Virus record (IMG/VR): IMGVR_UViG_3300007735_000746
Coordinates: 1-47,362 of that record
Strand: one strand, 5' to 3'
Length of the DNA stretch: 47,362 nt
From: a virus
Lineage: Duplodnaviria; Caudoviricetes
Positions within the stretch are counted from its first letter, which is position 1; every line of letters begins with the position of its first letter. The notes under the pieces were generated by a model. That model did not search any database and was not told where the DNA came from. It was given only the letters and a program-made list of their open reading frames with translations. The position numbers and the translations under genes are program-made. This document shows positions 28,066 to 36,886 of the stretch, piece after piece.

Positions 28066-28992
28066 TTAAGCTCCTGCTGAACCGAAGATTCCTCTAGGGT
28101 CTGACCAGCCGTAGCTGTATCTTTCTCTAGCTTTGAATCTAACGTTTCCAGTGTCAAAATCACCTTCGATAGCCGTTTTAATTGGCGATCTTACAAAGTG
28201 TTTTAAACCATTTGGTGCGTCAGTTATGATGAAAAATGCATCAGTGTCTGTTAAGAAATGGTTAACTCTGTAACCTTCTGGGATCATTCCCATATTTAAC
28301 ATAGCGTTGATGTCGTTTTTCGCGAACGCATTTGAACCACCTGGAGTTGTTGATAAAGGAGTTCTTAAAATTCTCTCAGCAGTAAATTGTAATTCTTTTG
28401 GAATTACTAATTTTCTACCTTGTAGAGCGATTTTTAATCCTCTTTCATCTACAAACGCAGCAATATCAATTAATGATTGCTCAAGTGATGTTTCTGATAA
28501 GTCAGCAGCTGTCGAAAGAATGTTTCTAAACGTTCCTCCGTTAGCAAGTGGGTGATCGTTAGCTAATAAAGCTTTTCCATCGCCACCTGTGTAAGATGAA
28601 CTAAAACCATTGTTCAAGATGTTAGCCGCAATCGTTTGCTTAGTTTGCGACATTGATCTTGCCAATGCTCTAGTGTATCTCGCAGCAAGTCTGTCATACA
28701 AGTTATCTTCAATAGCTTCCTCAGTAATTGCGAATGCTAAAGCAATCGTATTATGAGTGTATCTAGAAGTGTATGCTTCTGTAGCATTATCAAATACTAC
28801 TGGAGCACCTTCTTGTTTGATTTCAGCGCCTGCAAATCCTGTTAACATAACTTCTTCTTCGAAAGCTCGATCTGAAGTTTCTGTTATAAAGATTTCTGCG
28901 TCTTCGTTATCGTATCTATTGTATTCCAGGCCGAATAGTGCATTCAATCCTGGCTCTAGTTCTTTAACTAGCTGTGAACGTGATATAGCCAT
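28066..28992 (-). CDS. Major capsid protein
   Basis: MAISRSQLVKELEPGLNALFGLEY...ITEEAIEDNLY...KARERYSYGWSDPRG, HMO-2011/HTVC023P-like; strong RBS and terminator. Confidence 0.9.
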   Translation of the reverse strand: MAISRSQLVKELEPGLNALFGLEYNRYDNEDAEIFITETSDRAFEEEVMLTGFAGAEIKQEGAPVVFDNATEAYTSRYTHNTIALAFAITEEAIEDNLYDRLAARYTRALARSMSQTKQTIAANILNNGFSSSYTGGDGKALLANDHPLANGGTFRNILSTAADLSETSLEQSLIDIAAFVDERGLKIALQGRKLVIPKELQFTAERILRTPLSTTPGGSNAFAKNDINAMLNMGMIPEGYRVNHFLTDTDAFFIITDAPNGLKHFVRSPIKTAIEGDFDTGNVRFKARERYSYGWSDPRGIFGSAGA

Positions 28993-29005
28993 AAATTATC
29001 TCCTA

Positions 29006-29584
29006 TTATAGACCTGTTTGGTTTTGTTTATAGAAGTGATTATTAATTCTCACTACTATGTTAGCGTTAGCAGCAGCTGTATCACTATTATTTGGATCTT
29101 GTGATATATCAATTGCCATTAACGGTAACGTGTTTGTTGTGTTTGCTGAACCTTGATCTAACTGAACAAAAGAAATACCAGTTTGTGTATTTCCAGTTAC
29201 GTTAGTTACATCATAGTTTGAAAACAGACCAGTAACGGCCACTGTGCCGCTAGCATTGATTTCATAAACCGTGTCTGGACCATCAATCACGAACGCTGTA
29301 ATGTCTGAAGCGTTTGTACTTGCTGGATAATAATTTTTCCATGTCGGTTTTTGAGTCGTTGGGTCTGTATAAAAGCAACCATTGAAAACACCCACAACAG
29401 AAGTTGTAGTACCCGCAACATATCTTGTGATTGTTCCAGCAGTAGTTGGTATAACCAAATCTCCTTGGAAAATCGCAGTAGTATTATTTGCAGATATTCT
29501 ATATCTGTTCTGAGCATTAATAAATGGGCTGCCATTTAGTTGTCTAGATGGTCTAAGACCAAACTTTTCTAGTACATTGGGCAT
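29006..29584 (-). CDS. Capsid cement/decoration protein
   Basis: FGLRP...IFQGDLV...GVFNGC; directly upstream of MCP. Confidence 0.7.
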   Translation of the reverse strand: MPNVLEKFGLRPSRQLNGSPFINAQNRYRISANNTTAIFQGDLVIPTTAGTITRYVAGTTTSVVGVFNGCFYTDPTTQKPTWKNYYPASTNASDITAFVIDGPDTVYEINASGTVAVTGLFSNYDVTNVTGNTQTGISFVQLDQGSANTTNTLPLMAIDISQDPNNSDTAAANANIVVRINNHFYKQNQTGL

Positions 29585-29639
29585 TATTTATACTCCTTGT
29601 TTATAGTTTATATTTACTTTGGTTGGTATTACAAAAAAA

Positions 29640-30113
29640 TTACTTTTTAGTCCCACCACCAAAAGTTACGCGAGATTGTCTATTAATATTAATAGGCATC
29701 TCAGGTCGTTGTTCCTTCATTAGATCGGCATCTATCGCGTTTATTCTATCTTGAGTAACTCTTCTAAAGTACTCCGCGCGAGATTTAACGATCTCTTCAG
29801 GTATCCTAGCCAACACTAGGCCAGCAACCCCGATCAACCCTGCGTATTTTCCGTCATGGATAACTGGGTATGCGTTTTTACCGAATCTATTTAAAATTTC
29901 TTCGGCTCTAACGAACTCCCAACCTTCTCTCATTTTCTTCGATACATTTGCTGTATCTTGAAAACCCATTGACTCGACTCTGATCCATCTGTGGACAAAG
30001 CCTTCTGGCGCAGGTGGTGCATCCAGAGATGATGGTGGCGTCCAAGGTTTATTTCTATCAACCTTAATTTCTTCTGACGCGCGTGAAGATCTTTTGTTTT
30101 CTTTATCGCTCAT
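29640..30113 (-). CDS. Conserved head-module protein
   Basis: WTPPSSLDAP...HRWIR...REGWEFV...GLVLARIP. Confidence 0.7.
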   Translation of the reverse strand: MSDKENKRSSRASEEIKVDRNKPWTPPSSLDAPPAPEGFVHRWIRVESMGFQDTANVSKKMREGWEFVRAEEILNRFGKNAYPVIHDGKYAGLIGVAGLVLARIPEEIVKSRAEYFRRVTQDRINAIDADLMKEQRPEMPININRQSRVTFGGGTKK

Positions 30114-30114
30114 A

Positions 30115-31125
30115 CTAATTTGCCTCCTTCACGTATTTAGCGTATTCTTCTAGTGGCACCCCTAATTTTTTAGCAATAGCAACTTGTGATTTGGTGAGTC
30201 TCACAGTTCTGCGTCCCTCCTGTTTTCTTCCAGCGGAAGCAACAGTTTGAACGGGTTTACGTTGTTCTTCAACAGTAAACTTATGAGGGAAATAACCCTT
30301 CATACGTTTATCTATCTCATTATAATACTCATCGCTCTCAACTTCAACACCACTGCCAACTAGTTCTTCATGGATTGAAAAAGCGGCTTGGGTCATGATT
30401 TTATCATCGCCAAACCAAGTATTTTTAGTAGCCCAAGACTTAGCTTTTTCGCTAGGTTTAGGTACTACAACGTTTTCTTTTTGTGTTTTAGCTTCTTCAA
30501 CTTCAAGTTTTTTCTGTTCTTCAAGTTGTTTAGCTCTTAACTGACGATCAGCCATTTGCAATTTAGCTTTTTCTTTTTGAACGGCTAATTGCGTTAACTC
30601 ATCGTTAGCTTCCATGATCTTATTAGGATCATTAGCTTCAATAGCTGCTTTTAATTTGATTTTTACTTGTTCTCTTTGAGCATCTACTCTTGCATCAAAT
30701 TCTTTCAAGTAATTCTCATCAGCAGTATCAAATTTCTTCTCGTAATCGCTGTATTTCTTTTGCAAACCTTTTGCAAATTCTAAAGCAGCTTGTTCTCTTC
30801 TTTCTGCTTCTCTGTATCTACGAGTTAGTTTATCGATTCGCTTTTGAACAGATTCAGAAATTTCTGATAAGTCATCAGTTTTAACTTCTTCTTTCTGTTC
30901 TATAGGTTTAGTTTCAACTACAGTAGGTTTTTCTTCTACTTGTTCAACTTCAACCTTTTCTTTTTTCTGATCTTTAGAGTGAGATGTATAACCAAGATCA
31001 ACTTCACCAACATTTAAACTTGGCGCTTTCTTCTCGGACTTTGTCTCCTCTTTTATTTGTATTTCTTGTTCTTTAACATCGTCAAGATCAAGCTCCACTT
31101 CTGGAGTCTTCTTTTCGTCTACCAT
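30115..31125 (-). CDS. Capsid scaffolding protein
   Basis: Acidic coiled coil, VQKRIDKLT, C-terminal AIAKKLGVPLEEYAK. Confidence 0.75.
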   Translation of the reverse strand: MVDEKKTPEVELDLDDVKEQEIQIKEETKSEKKAPSLNVGEVDLGYTSHSKDQKKEKVEVEQVEEKPTVVETKPIEQKEEVKTDDLSEISESVQKRIDKLTRRYREAERREQAALEFAKGLQKKYSDYEKKFDTADENYLKEFDARVDAQREQVKIKLKAAIEANDPNKIMEANDELTQLAVQKEKAKLQMADRQLRAKQLEEQKKLEVEEAKTQKENVVVPKPSEKAKSWATKNTWFGDDKIMTQAAFSIHEELVGSGVEVESDEYYNEIDKRMKGYFPHKFTVEEQRKPVQTVASAGRKQEGRRTVRLTKSQVAIAKKLGVPLEEYAKYVKEAN

Positions 31126-31136
31126 TTATGTTCTCC

Positions 31137-31583
31137 TTAGTATAGGTGGAGAATATCTTGAGGACGTTTAACAATACCTATGATTTCATCATCATTCAAA
31201 ATACGATGTTCACCATATTTTGTTTTAAAACGAGATCCAGCATATCTTCCATACATTACGAACTGGCCTTCTTTGCACCAAGCTCCTGTAGGAAATTTAT
31301 CTTTATCTAAATAACAAAGATCTCCCATTTTAACTACAATTCCAATAACTGTAGTCATAGCAATTGTATCTTGAGTTTGTTCGGATAAAATAATTCCGCC
31401 TTTAGTTTTCGCCTCTCCAGCAAATGGTCGTATTAACATACGGTAACCAATTGGATCTGGAAGCGAGTCTAAATACTCCTTGATGCCTTTTGCGTCTGTT
31501 GGGATTTTTGTGGATGTCTCGTTAGATTTTTCAGAACCATTAGTTGGAAGAACTAATTTCTGATTCGGTACCACTATCGTCAT
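31137..31583 (-). CDS. groES: Co-chaperonin GroES-like protein
   Basis: PIGYRMLIRP...KTKGGIIL...GIVVKMG...YAG...ILNDDEII. Confidence 0.85.
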   Translation of the reverse strand: MTIVVPNQKLVLPTNGSEKSNETSTKIPTDAKGIKEYLDSLPDPIGYRMLIRPFAGEAKTKGGIILSEQTQDTIAMTTVIGIVVKMGDLCYLDKDKFPTGAWCKEGQFVMYGRYAGSRFKTKYGEHRILNDDEIIGIVKRPQDILHLY

Positions 31584-31770
31584 CTATACTCTCCTCTTTA
31601 TGTTGCAGGTCTTTTAGATCCTGTAGCAGCGTCTCTAATGCGCTGAGCCTGCCCTTAGCATAGTGGAGCCTATCTAGTGTGTCTATACCATAGCAAATAT
31701 CATGACGAGTTTCTTCTATACGTTTTTTCACGTATTTTCTTATATATTGCAGGGTATTTATGTCCATCAT
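31540..31770 (-). CDS. Small helical conserved protein
   Basis: YAKGRLSALE motif; usual position upstream of phage GroES. Confidence 0.6.
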   Translation of the reverse strand: MMDINTLQYIRKYVKKRIEETRHDICYGIDTLDRLHYAKGRLSALETLLQDLKDLQHKEESIDDDSGTESEISSSN

Positions 31771-31782
31771 AAATTTATTTTA

Positions 31783-31890
31783 CTAAATTAATTTATCTTT
31801 TTTAAATCTTTTTATTTTTTTCTTCAATTCTTGCCGCCAAATCCAATAATCTAATTTAGCAGATAACTTTTTAATTAAGTTAAATAACAT
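31783..31890 (-). CDS. Small amphipathic basic protein (35 aa)
   Basis: Not in track; MLFNLIKKLSAKLDYWIWRQELKKKIKRFKKDKLI fills the gap. Confidence 0.45.
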   Translation of the reverse strand: MLFNLIKKLSAKLDYWIWRQELKKKIKRFKKDKLI

Positions 31891-32074
31891 TCTTATCTCT
31901 TTTGATGTGACCTAAAACGGTACCTTTATGAGAACCTTCTTTGATTGTATAACCAGAAGTTCCATTACCATTAATCTCAACTTCTTTTCTGCTTCTAAGT
32001 AAAGCATTATTTTTCTTTTCTATTTCTTTAGAAGAAAAATTTTTAGCTATTAAATCTTTTAATCTTTCTAACAT
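31880..32074 (-). CDS. Hypothetical protein
   Basis: 64 aa, TAATG-coupled. Confidence 0.55.
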   Translation of the reverse strand: MLERLKDLIAKNFSSKEIEKKNNALLRSRKEVEINGNGTSGYTIKEGSHKGTVLGHIKRDKNVI

Positions 32075-32172
32075 TAAAATGCCTTTTCTATTTTTAATAT
32101 TGGTTTATCTATATTTGGTGAATTTACATTATTGCATGAAAAAAGCAATAATAAAACAACTAGGTATTTCAC
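32074..32172 (-). CDS. 32-aa lipoprotein (spanin-like?)
   Basis: Not in track; GTG overlaps holin stop (TAGTG), stop overlaps next ATG (TAATG); MKYLVVLLLLFS-CNNVNSPNIDKPILKIEKAF. Confidence 0.6.
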   Translation of the reverse strand: MKYLVVLLLLFSCNNVNSPNIDKPILKIEKAF

Positions 32173-32600
32173 TAGCCGTTTTCTTGGTCTTTTGGTTGAG
32201 GTTTGTTTGCCATAGTTCTAGCAACCGATTCTGCAGATCTTCCTACCACATATCCACCTAAACCTATTTGTAATAATGTCCAAACATCTCCTGGTAAAGT
32301 TATAGTAATGGAAGCTTTAAAAAAGAATAAGATTACTGGTCCTAATACATAATTCCATACTAATATAAATATTAGTACATACATTAGTAATGGTCTCCAA
32401 CTTGCTGCAAACCATCCTGCTTTTGCTTCTGCTTCTATAATTTTAGCTGCTGCAGTTAACTCTTGCGTATGAGACTGCAACATTTGAGTTTGCAGATCAT
32501 TTTTTAATTTAGCTGCGAGGTCTTTGTCGGCAACTGCTTTATCAACGGTGTTGAATAAGATTTTTGCAAGGGGTGCGACTGCTTGTAAAACTGGTAACAT
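32172..32600 (-). CDS. Holin (3TM, GTA-type)
   Basis: EAKAGW...SWRP, two TM segments, LGGYVVGRSAE. Confidence 0.8.
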   Translation of the reverse strand: MLPVLQAVAPLAKILFNTVDKAVADKDLAAKLKNDLQTQMLQSHTQELTAAAKIIEAEAKAGWFAASWRPLLMYVLIFILVWNYVLGPVILFFFKASITITLPGDVWTLLQIGLGGYVVGRSAESVARTMANKPQPKDQENG

Positions 32601-32926
32601 TCTGTAAATTTCTCCTGTCTCCTTATACCAAGATATGGAATAAGTTGCAACATCACATCTATAGCTCTATCTCCTGAAACCGTCCATGTCCATGATCTAC
32701 TATGCTTATTATTCTTTGGTAAATGAGTACTAATTGATCCTAATTTAAAATAATTAATAAATCTTACAACAATATCTTCATCACACATTCTTATTTGTGC
32801 TCTAAGATATCTATTTGATTTACCTACTTTTCCCCAAAAACCAAATGATCCTTCACCTTCAAATACTCCTGCAAGAAATATTAATTTTTGTTCTTTTGAT
32901 AACGATTTATATTTTTGTTCTAGCAT
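32504..32926 (-). mobile_element. Free-standing LAGLIDADG homing endonuclease
   Basis: FLAGVFEGEGSF single LAGLIDADG motif; inserted between portal region and holin. Confidence 0.8.
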
Positions 32927-32955
32927 ATATCCCTTTTGTTTTTAAGAAATGTATA

Positions 32956-33138
32956 CTATTTATTTTTATTTTGTCTAGAAATATATCCACCTAATTTCAT
33001 ACCTTGAGAAGCAGGTCCTTTTTTAGGAGGTGGGCCAAATCTTACGCCTGGCATTTTAATCTTTTTGATTTTTTGTATTGATGGTTTTTTAATTTTACTA
33101 ATTTTAGGCTGTTTAATCTTAGGAATACCAATTTTCAT
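32956..33138 (-). CDS. Small Lys-rich protein
   Basis: KI.KP repeats, GPPPKKGP, MKLGG. Confidence 0.65.
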   Translation of the reverse strand: MKIGIPKIKQPKISKIKKPSIQKIKKIKMPGVRFGPPPKKGPASQGMKLGGYISRQNKNK

Positions 33139-33140
33139 GG

Positions 33141-35486
33141 TTATCTTTTAGGAACAAACGCTTGTTGTTGTTTTTCTCTAGCAATTTTTAATTTTTCTTC
33201 TGCAACTTTAATTCTTTGTGCAGCTTGTTGCTCTTGATTTTCTACTTTCATCTTCTCAACATCAATTCTATCTTCAAATTCAAAAGATTTTCTCTCCATT
33301 TCTTGTTGAGACTCTCTTGCACGTCTTTGAATATCTAAAGCTTTAAGATCTAACTCTCTTTGTTTCAACATTACTAACGGATCTTGTTGTTGTCCACCTT
33401 CTGCTTGTACTAATTGTTGAGTTAATTCTACAATTCGCTTAGCAACTAGTGAATTAAATTGAACTTGATAGCCATTTGGATCTTGTTGTTGCATTATAGC
33501 GTTCTGTGGGTTCTCTGACATCGCTGCTCCAACCTCTCCATGAGCTTGATATGCGATATGATCTGAAATATGTCCTTGAAGTAGAGCATAAACCATTGGA
33601 TTTGTTTGTACCATTCTACTTTGCATGAAGATTGCATGCGCACTAATGTGAGAAACATGATCTTGCTCTGGAAAAACTTTTAATAATTCCATTCTTAATG
33701 CTTTAGAGTTCTCCGTTGCTGGATCTTCTGGCGTTGGTTCTTGTTCTGGAATTAATAAATCATCAATTTGTCTAGTTCCTAATGCTTCATACACTCTTCT
33801 GTACGCTTCTCTTAGGTTATGCATCTGTGGATTTGACATTGCAATCTTTAAATTTTCATTTGCAAGAGTTACTCTTTGTGCCATTGAGTAAATACTTGGA
33901 TCTGCAACTGGAATTACATCTACTCTATCATTAAAATCTTCTTGTTTAATGTTTCTATCTGCACCATAAACTGCGTATGGATATTCTGGTGGTAAGTAAT
34001 CTGCAAAAACTCCAGCTAAAATTCTAAATTCTTGTTTCATTGCGTAGTAACATCGCTTATGAATAGCTGACATTACACGTGATCCTCGTTCTAATAATGC
34101 GATTGTAGTACCAACAGCTGCTTGTTGATTACCATCTCCTACTTGCATGTCGGCGATGGATGCAAATCTTTGTCCAGCTTGTACTACAAATCCTAATAAT
34201 TGAAATAAAGTTTGACTTGGTTCCTTAAATGGTAGTATTTGGAACTGATCTTTTATGTTTCCGCCTGGTGCATCTACGTCTCTGAACTCACCTGGCTGGA
34301 ATGGTTGGTCATCATCCCTGATTCTAATACCACGGCTCTTGAATCCTGCTGGTAAATTAGCAAGAGTACCTGCATCTAATAACTGTCTTAAGCTAGAAGT
34401 AGCAGTTCTAGATAATCCACCAATCATATGAATTAATCCAAAGCCATAGAATCCTAAACCTGGTAAAAATTTATAATGTACAAAGTATTCTTTTCTAGTT
34501 TTTAATGGATCATCTTGATCATAATTTCTATATACAGATAAAACTTGTTGTGAACCTTCATCAATTGTTACTACATAAGGTACTTTTATATTTTTTTCTT
34601 CTTTATCAGCTGTTGTTTCATATTCACTTAAATCTAAGTCAACATGCATTTCTAAAATATTATATTGATAAGTTGTATCTCCACTTGGTTTAACACCTTC
34701 AATCTCTGATAATTTTTGTTGTATTGCTGTTTGTTCTGGTTGTTTTGGAATTAATTCTACATCTAAATAGAATCCAGCTTTTTGATATTTAATAACATCA
34801 TTCTCATTCATCTTAACAAGGTGAGTAATACGCTCACAATCTTTAAGATCAGTTGCATAATATGGAACTACTAAATCATCTGCAGGTACAAATTTAGATA
34901 CTGCTCTTTGTAGTATTTCATCATAATAAACTTTTTTAAATGCAGATCCTGATAATGGTAAATAAAATAATAATTGGTCAAAGTCTGGAGTATATTCTTC
35001 CATTTTTTCCATCAACATATAGTTCATGAAATCTTTAACTCTTTCTGCTTGTCTTAAAATATCTGGTGTCTCTAATCCAACAACCTCTGCTCTTACAGGG
35101 CCTTCTGCTGGTAATAATTCTTTATATGCTTGTGCTTGAAATTGTGTAACTGATTCTGCAAGTAAAGGATGTGTAACTCCTGTTGCTCCTTGGAACGGTC
35201 TAGTCATGTCTTGGTATTTAAATCCTAATAGATCTAAACCTTGAACATAAGTTTGTTCCCAATCTAATCTTGATACTCTATCTTTTTTATAGTCGGCAAT
35301 AAGATCTAATGCTAGACGACTCAATACTCTTTCGTCCATATCTTCAGCAAGGTTCTTGTAAAAGTTTTCTTCTACAACTTCTTGCGGAACTGACTCTTCT
35401 TCAGGAAGAACAACTTCTAATCCTTCTTCAGGAATAGAGTTGTCCTCCGTTAGAATTTCTTCATTAATCTTTTCGACTTCAGCCAT
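33141..35486 (-). CDS. Portal protein
   Basis: 781 aa; HPLLAES..QFQAQAYKELLP, GSAFKKVYYD, GFYGFGL, C-terminal coiled coil; between TerL and head genes. Confidence 0.9.
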   Translation of the reverse strand: MAEVEKINEEILTEDNSIPEEGLEVVLPEEESVPQEVVEENFYKNLAEDMDERVLSRLALDLIADYKKDRVSRLDWEQTYVQGLDLLGFKYQDMTRPFQGATGVTHPLLAESVTQFQAQAYKELLPAEGPVRAEVVGLETPDILRQAERVKDFMNYMLMEKMEEYTPDFDQLLFYLPLSGSAFKKVYYDEILQRAVSKFVPADDLVVPYYATDLKDCERITHLVKMNENDVIKYQKAGFYLDVELIPKQPEQTAIQQKLSEIEGVKPSGDTTYQYNILEMHVDLDLSEYETTADKEEKNIKVPYVVTIDEGSQQVLSVYRNYDQDDPLKTRKEYFVHYKFLPGLGFYGFGLIHMIGGLSRTATSSLRQLLDAGTLANLPAGFKSRGIRIRDDDQPFQPGEFRDVDAPGGNIKDQFQILPFKEPSQTLFQLLGFVVQAGQRFASIADMQVGDGNQQAAVGTTIALLERGSRVMSAIHKRCYYAMKQEFRILAGVFADYLPPEYPYAVYGADRNIKQEDFNDRVDVIPVADPSIYSMAQRVTLANENLKIAMSNPQMHNLREAYRRVYEALGTRQIDDLLIPEQEPTPEDPATENSKALRMELLKVFPEQDHVSHISAHAIFMQSRMVQTNPMVYALLQGHISDHIAYQAHGEVGAAMSENPQNAIMQQQDPNGYQVQFNSLVAKRIVELTQQLVQAEGGQQQDPLVMLKQRELDLKALDIQRRARESQQEMERKSFEFEDRIDVEKMKVENQEQQAAQRIKVAEEKLKIAREKQQQAFVPKR

Positions 35487-36007
35487 TAGTAAAGTTTTGT
35501 AGGTTTACTTCTTGCTAATTTGTTTCCTCTTGCAACGACTGATCCACCTTTAGATGCTTTAATCATTTTACCTTTTTTAGCACCTGTCATAGAACGGTTA
35601 TATGCTCTAACTTTTTCATCAAAAGCAGATAGAGCCATTTTTCTATCAGACATTTGACTTCCTCGTAATGCTTCTATTCTAGCTCTTCTTGCTGCTTCAG
35701 AAGCTCTGAATCCTTCTAAAGAACCTCTTGGTGACGTTGTTGATGCTGCCATTGATTGTTTATCTGCACCTTCTATTTGATTAAATGCAGTGTCTCTTGC
35801 TTCTCTTCTTGCAATATCAATACTAGATTGTGGTCCTGCGTACATTGATCTACGCGCTGGTCCTTCCATTGCGTTGATATCTGCTTCTGCGCCTTCAAGC
35901 TTAGCTATATCCATAGGACTTTTTTGTCCTAATACTTTAGATGCGCCATATGCGGCTGCTAACCCTAAACCAATCTTAGCTAAATCTTGTAATTTTTTTC
36001 TTGCCAT
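35486..36007 (-). CDS. GG-tagged hypothetical virion protein
   Basis: Hydrophobic N-terminus; C-terminal ASKGGSVVARG. Confidence 0.65.
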   Translation of the reverse strand: MARKKLQDLAKIGLGLAAAYGASKVLGQKSPMDIAKLEGAEADINAMEGPARRSMYAGPQSSIDIARREARDTAFNQIEGADKQSMAASTTSPRGSLEGFRASEAARRARIEALRGSQMSDRKMALSAFDEKVRAYNRSMTGAKKGKMIKASKGGSVVARGNKLARSKPTKLY

Positions 36008-36071
36008 GGTTGTTTCTCCTTGTTGTTATAACAAGTTTATTCTAACATGCAATGATAATTAGGACTATACT

Positions 36072-36242
36072 TTACAGTAAATCGTTAATATATCCGCCAC
36101 CTTTTACCTTGATTTCTCCACCTTCTTGCTTCTTGTCTTTCATGGTAAAAAGCTCTTGTTCTAATATACCGACCTGATCGGTATCTCCTTTAATTTTAGC
36201 TTCTTCTAATAACTGTAATAATTGTTTTAATCTACTTGGCAT
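36072..36242 (-). CDS. Small GG-tagged protein (56 aa)
   Basis: Not in track; MPSRLKQLLQLLEEAK...KQEGGEIKVKGGGYINDLL; TAATG-coupled. Confidence 0.7.
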   Translation of the reverse strand: MPSRLKQLLQLLEEAKIKGDTDQVGILEQELFTMKDKKQEGGEIKVKGGGYINDLL

Positions 36243-36634
36243 TATATTAAATCCTTAATGTAATCTTTTCCTTTTCCAACTTCAACTTCTCCACCTGATT
36301 TAAATTTTTTAGTAATACCAAATCTGATTTCTTTTCCTTGTGGATTTTTTGATACACCAAAACCAGCAATAGTTGATTTATCTTCTGAAGTATATTGTGC
36401 ACCAAGTCCGAGGTCCGTGGAGCTTGATCCTGCAATACCGTATTCTGTTTGACCCTTCTTAACAGTTGCTCCTATGACTGGTTTTTGTTTTTCAATATCC
36501 AAACCACCACCAATGTTTGCGTATTCTCCTTTTGACTTGTCTAATAAATCTGGTCCTACTAAATCAGTAATATCAATTCCAGATCCTACAACTTTATCGC
36601 CAAGTGTTCTAGAAATTTTATTTAGTATTCCCAT
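36242..36634 (-). CDS. GG-tagged beta-strand protein
   Basis: Alternating amphipathic strands; C-terminal FKSGGEVEVGKGKDYIKDLI. Confidence 0.65.
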   Translation of the reverse strand: MGILNKISRTLGDKVVGSGIDITDLVGPDLLDKSKGEYANIGGGLDIEKQKPVIGATVKKGQTEYGIAGSSSTDLGLGAQYTSEDKSTIAGFGVSKNPQGKEIRFGITKKFKSGGEVEVGKGKDYIKDLI

Positions 36635-36886
36635 TTAGAATATTCCTCTGAATGGAACCTTTTTAATTTGAATTGGTTTTTGTCCTCGAGCAAATCCACC
36701 TTCAACATAACCTGCTGCATCTTCCATCATTTTTGTATCAGGATCAACAGTTGGATACTCAAGTTGTTTTTTAGTTCCTTTACCATACATTGTTTCTGCA
36801 GTAATAGGAGGTTTATCTTTTTGGTCGTAGAATCCTTCTTTGAATTCATTGCGACTCATGTAAGGATCTTTTTTCTTTTTAGCCAT
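36635..36886 (-). CDS. Small GG-tagged protein
   Basis: C-terminal YVEGGFARGQKPIQIKK. Confidence 0.65.
   Translation of the reverse strand: MAKKKKDPYMSRNEFKEGFYDQKDKPPITAETMYGKGTKKQLEYPTVDPDTKMMEDAAGYVEGGFARGQKPIQIKKVPFRGIF

Noticed and set aside
31137-31583. TKGG in GroES, and GG in Gly-rich fibres, as GG-tag instances
   Set aside because: TKGGI is the conserved GroES mobile loop; fibre GG is compositional
32079-32261. Plus-strand hydrophobic 60-aa ORF
   Set aside because: Antisense to the holin and to the better-supported coupled lipoprotein ORF
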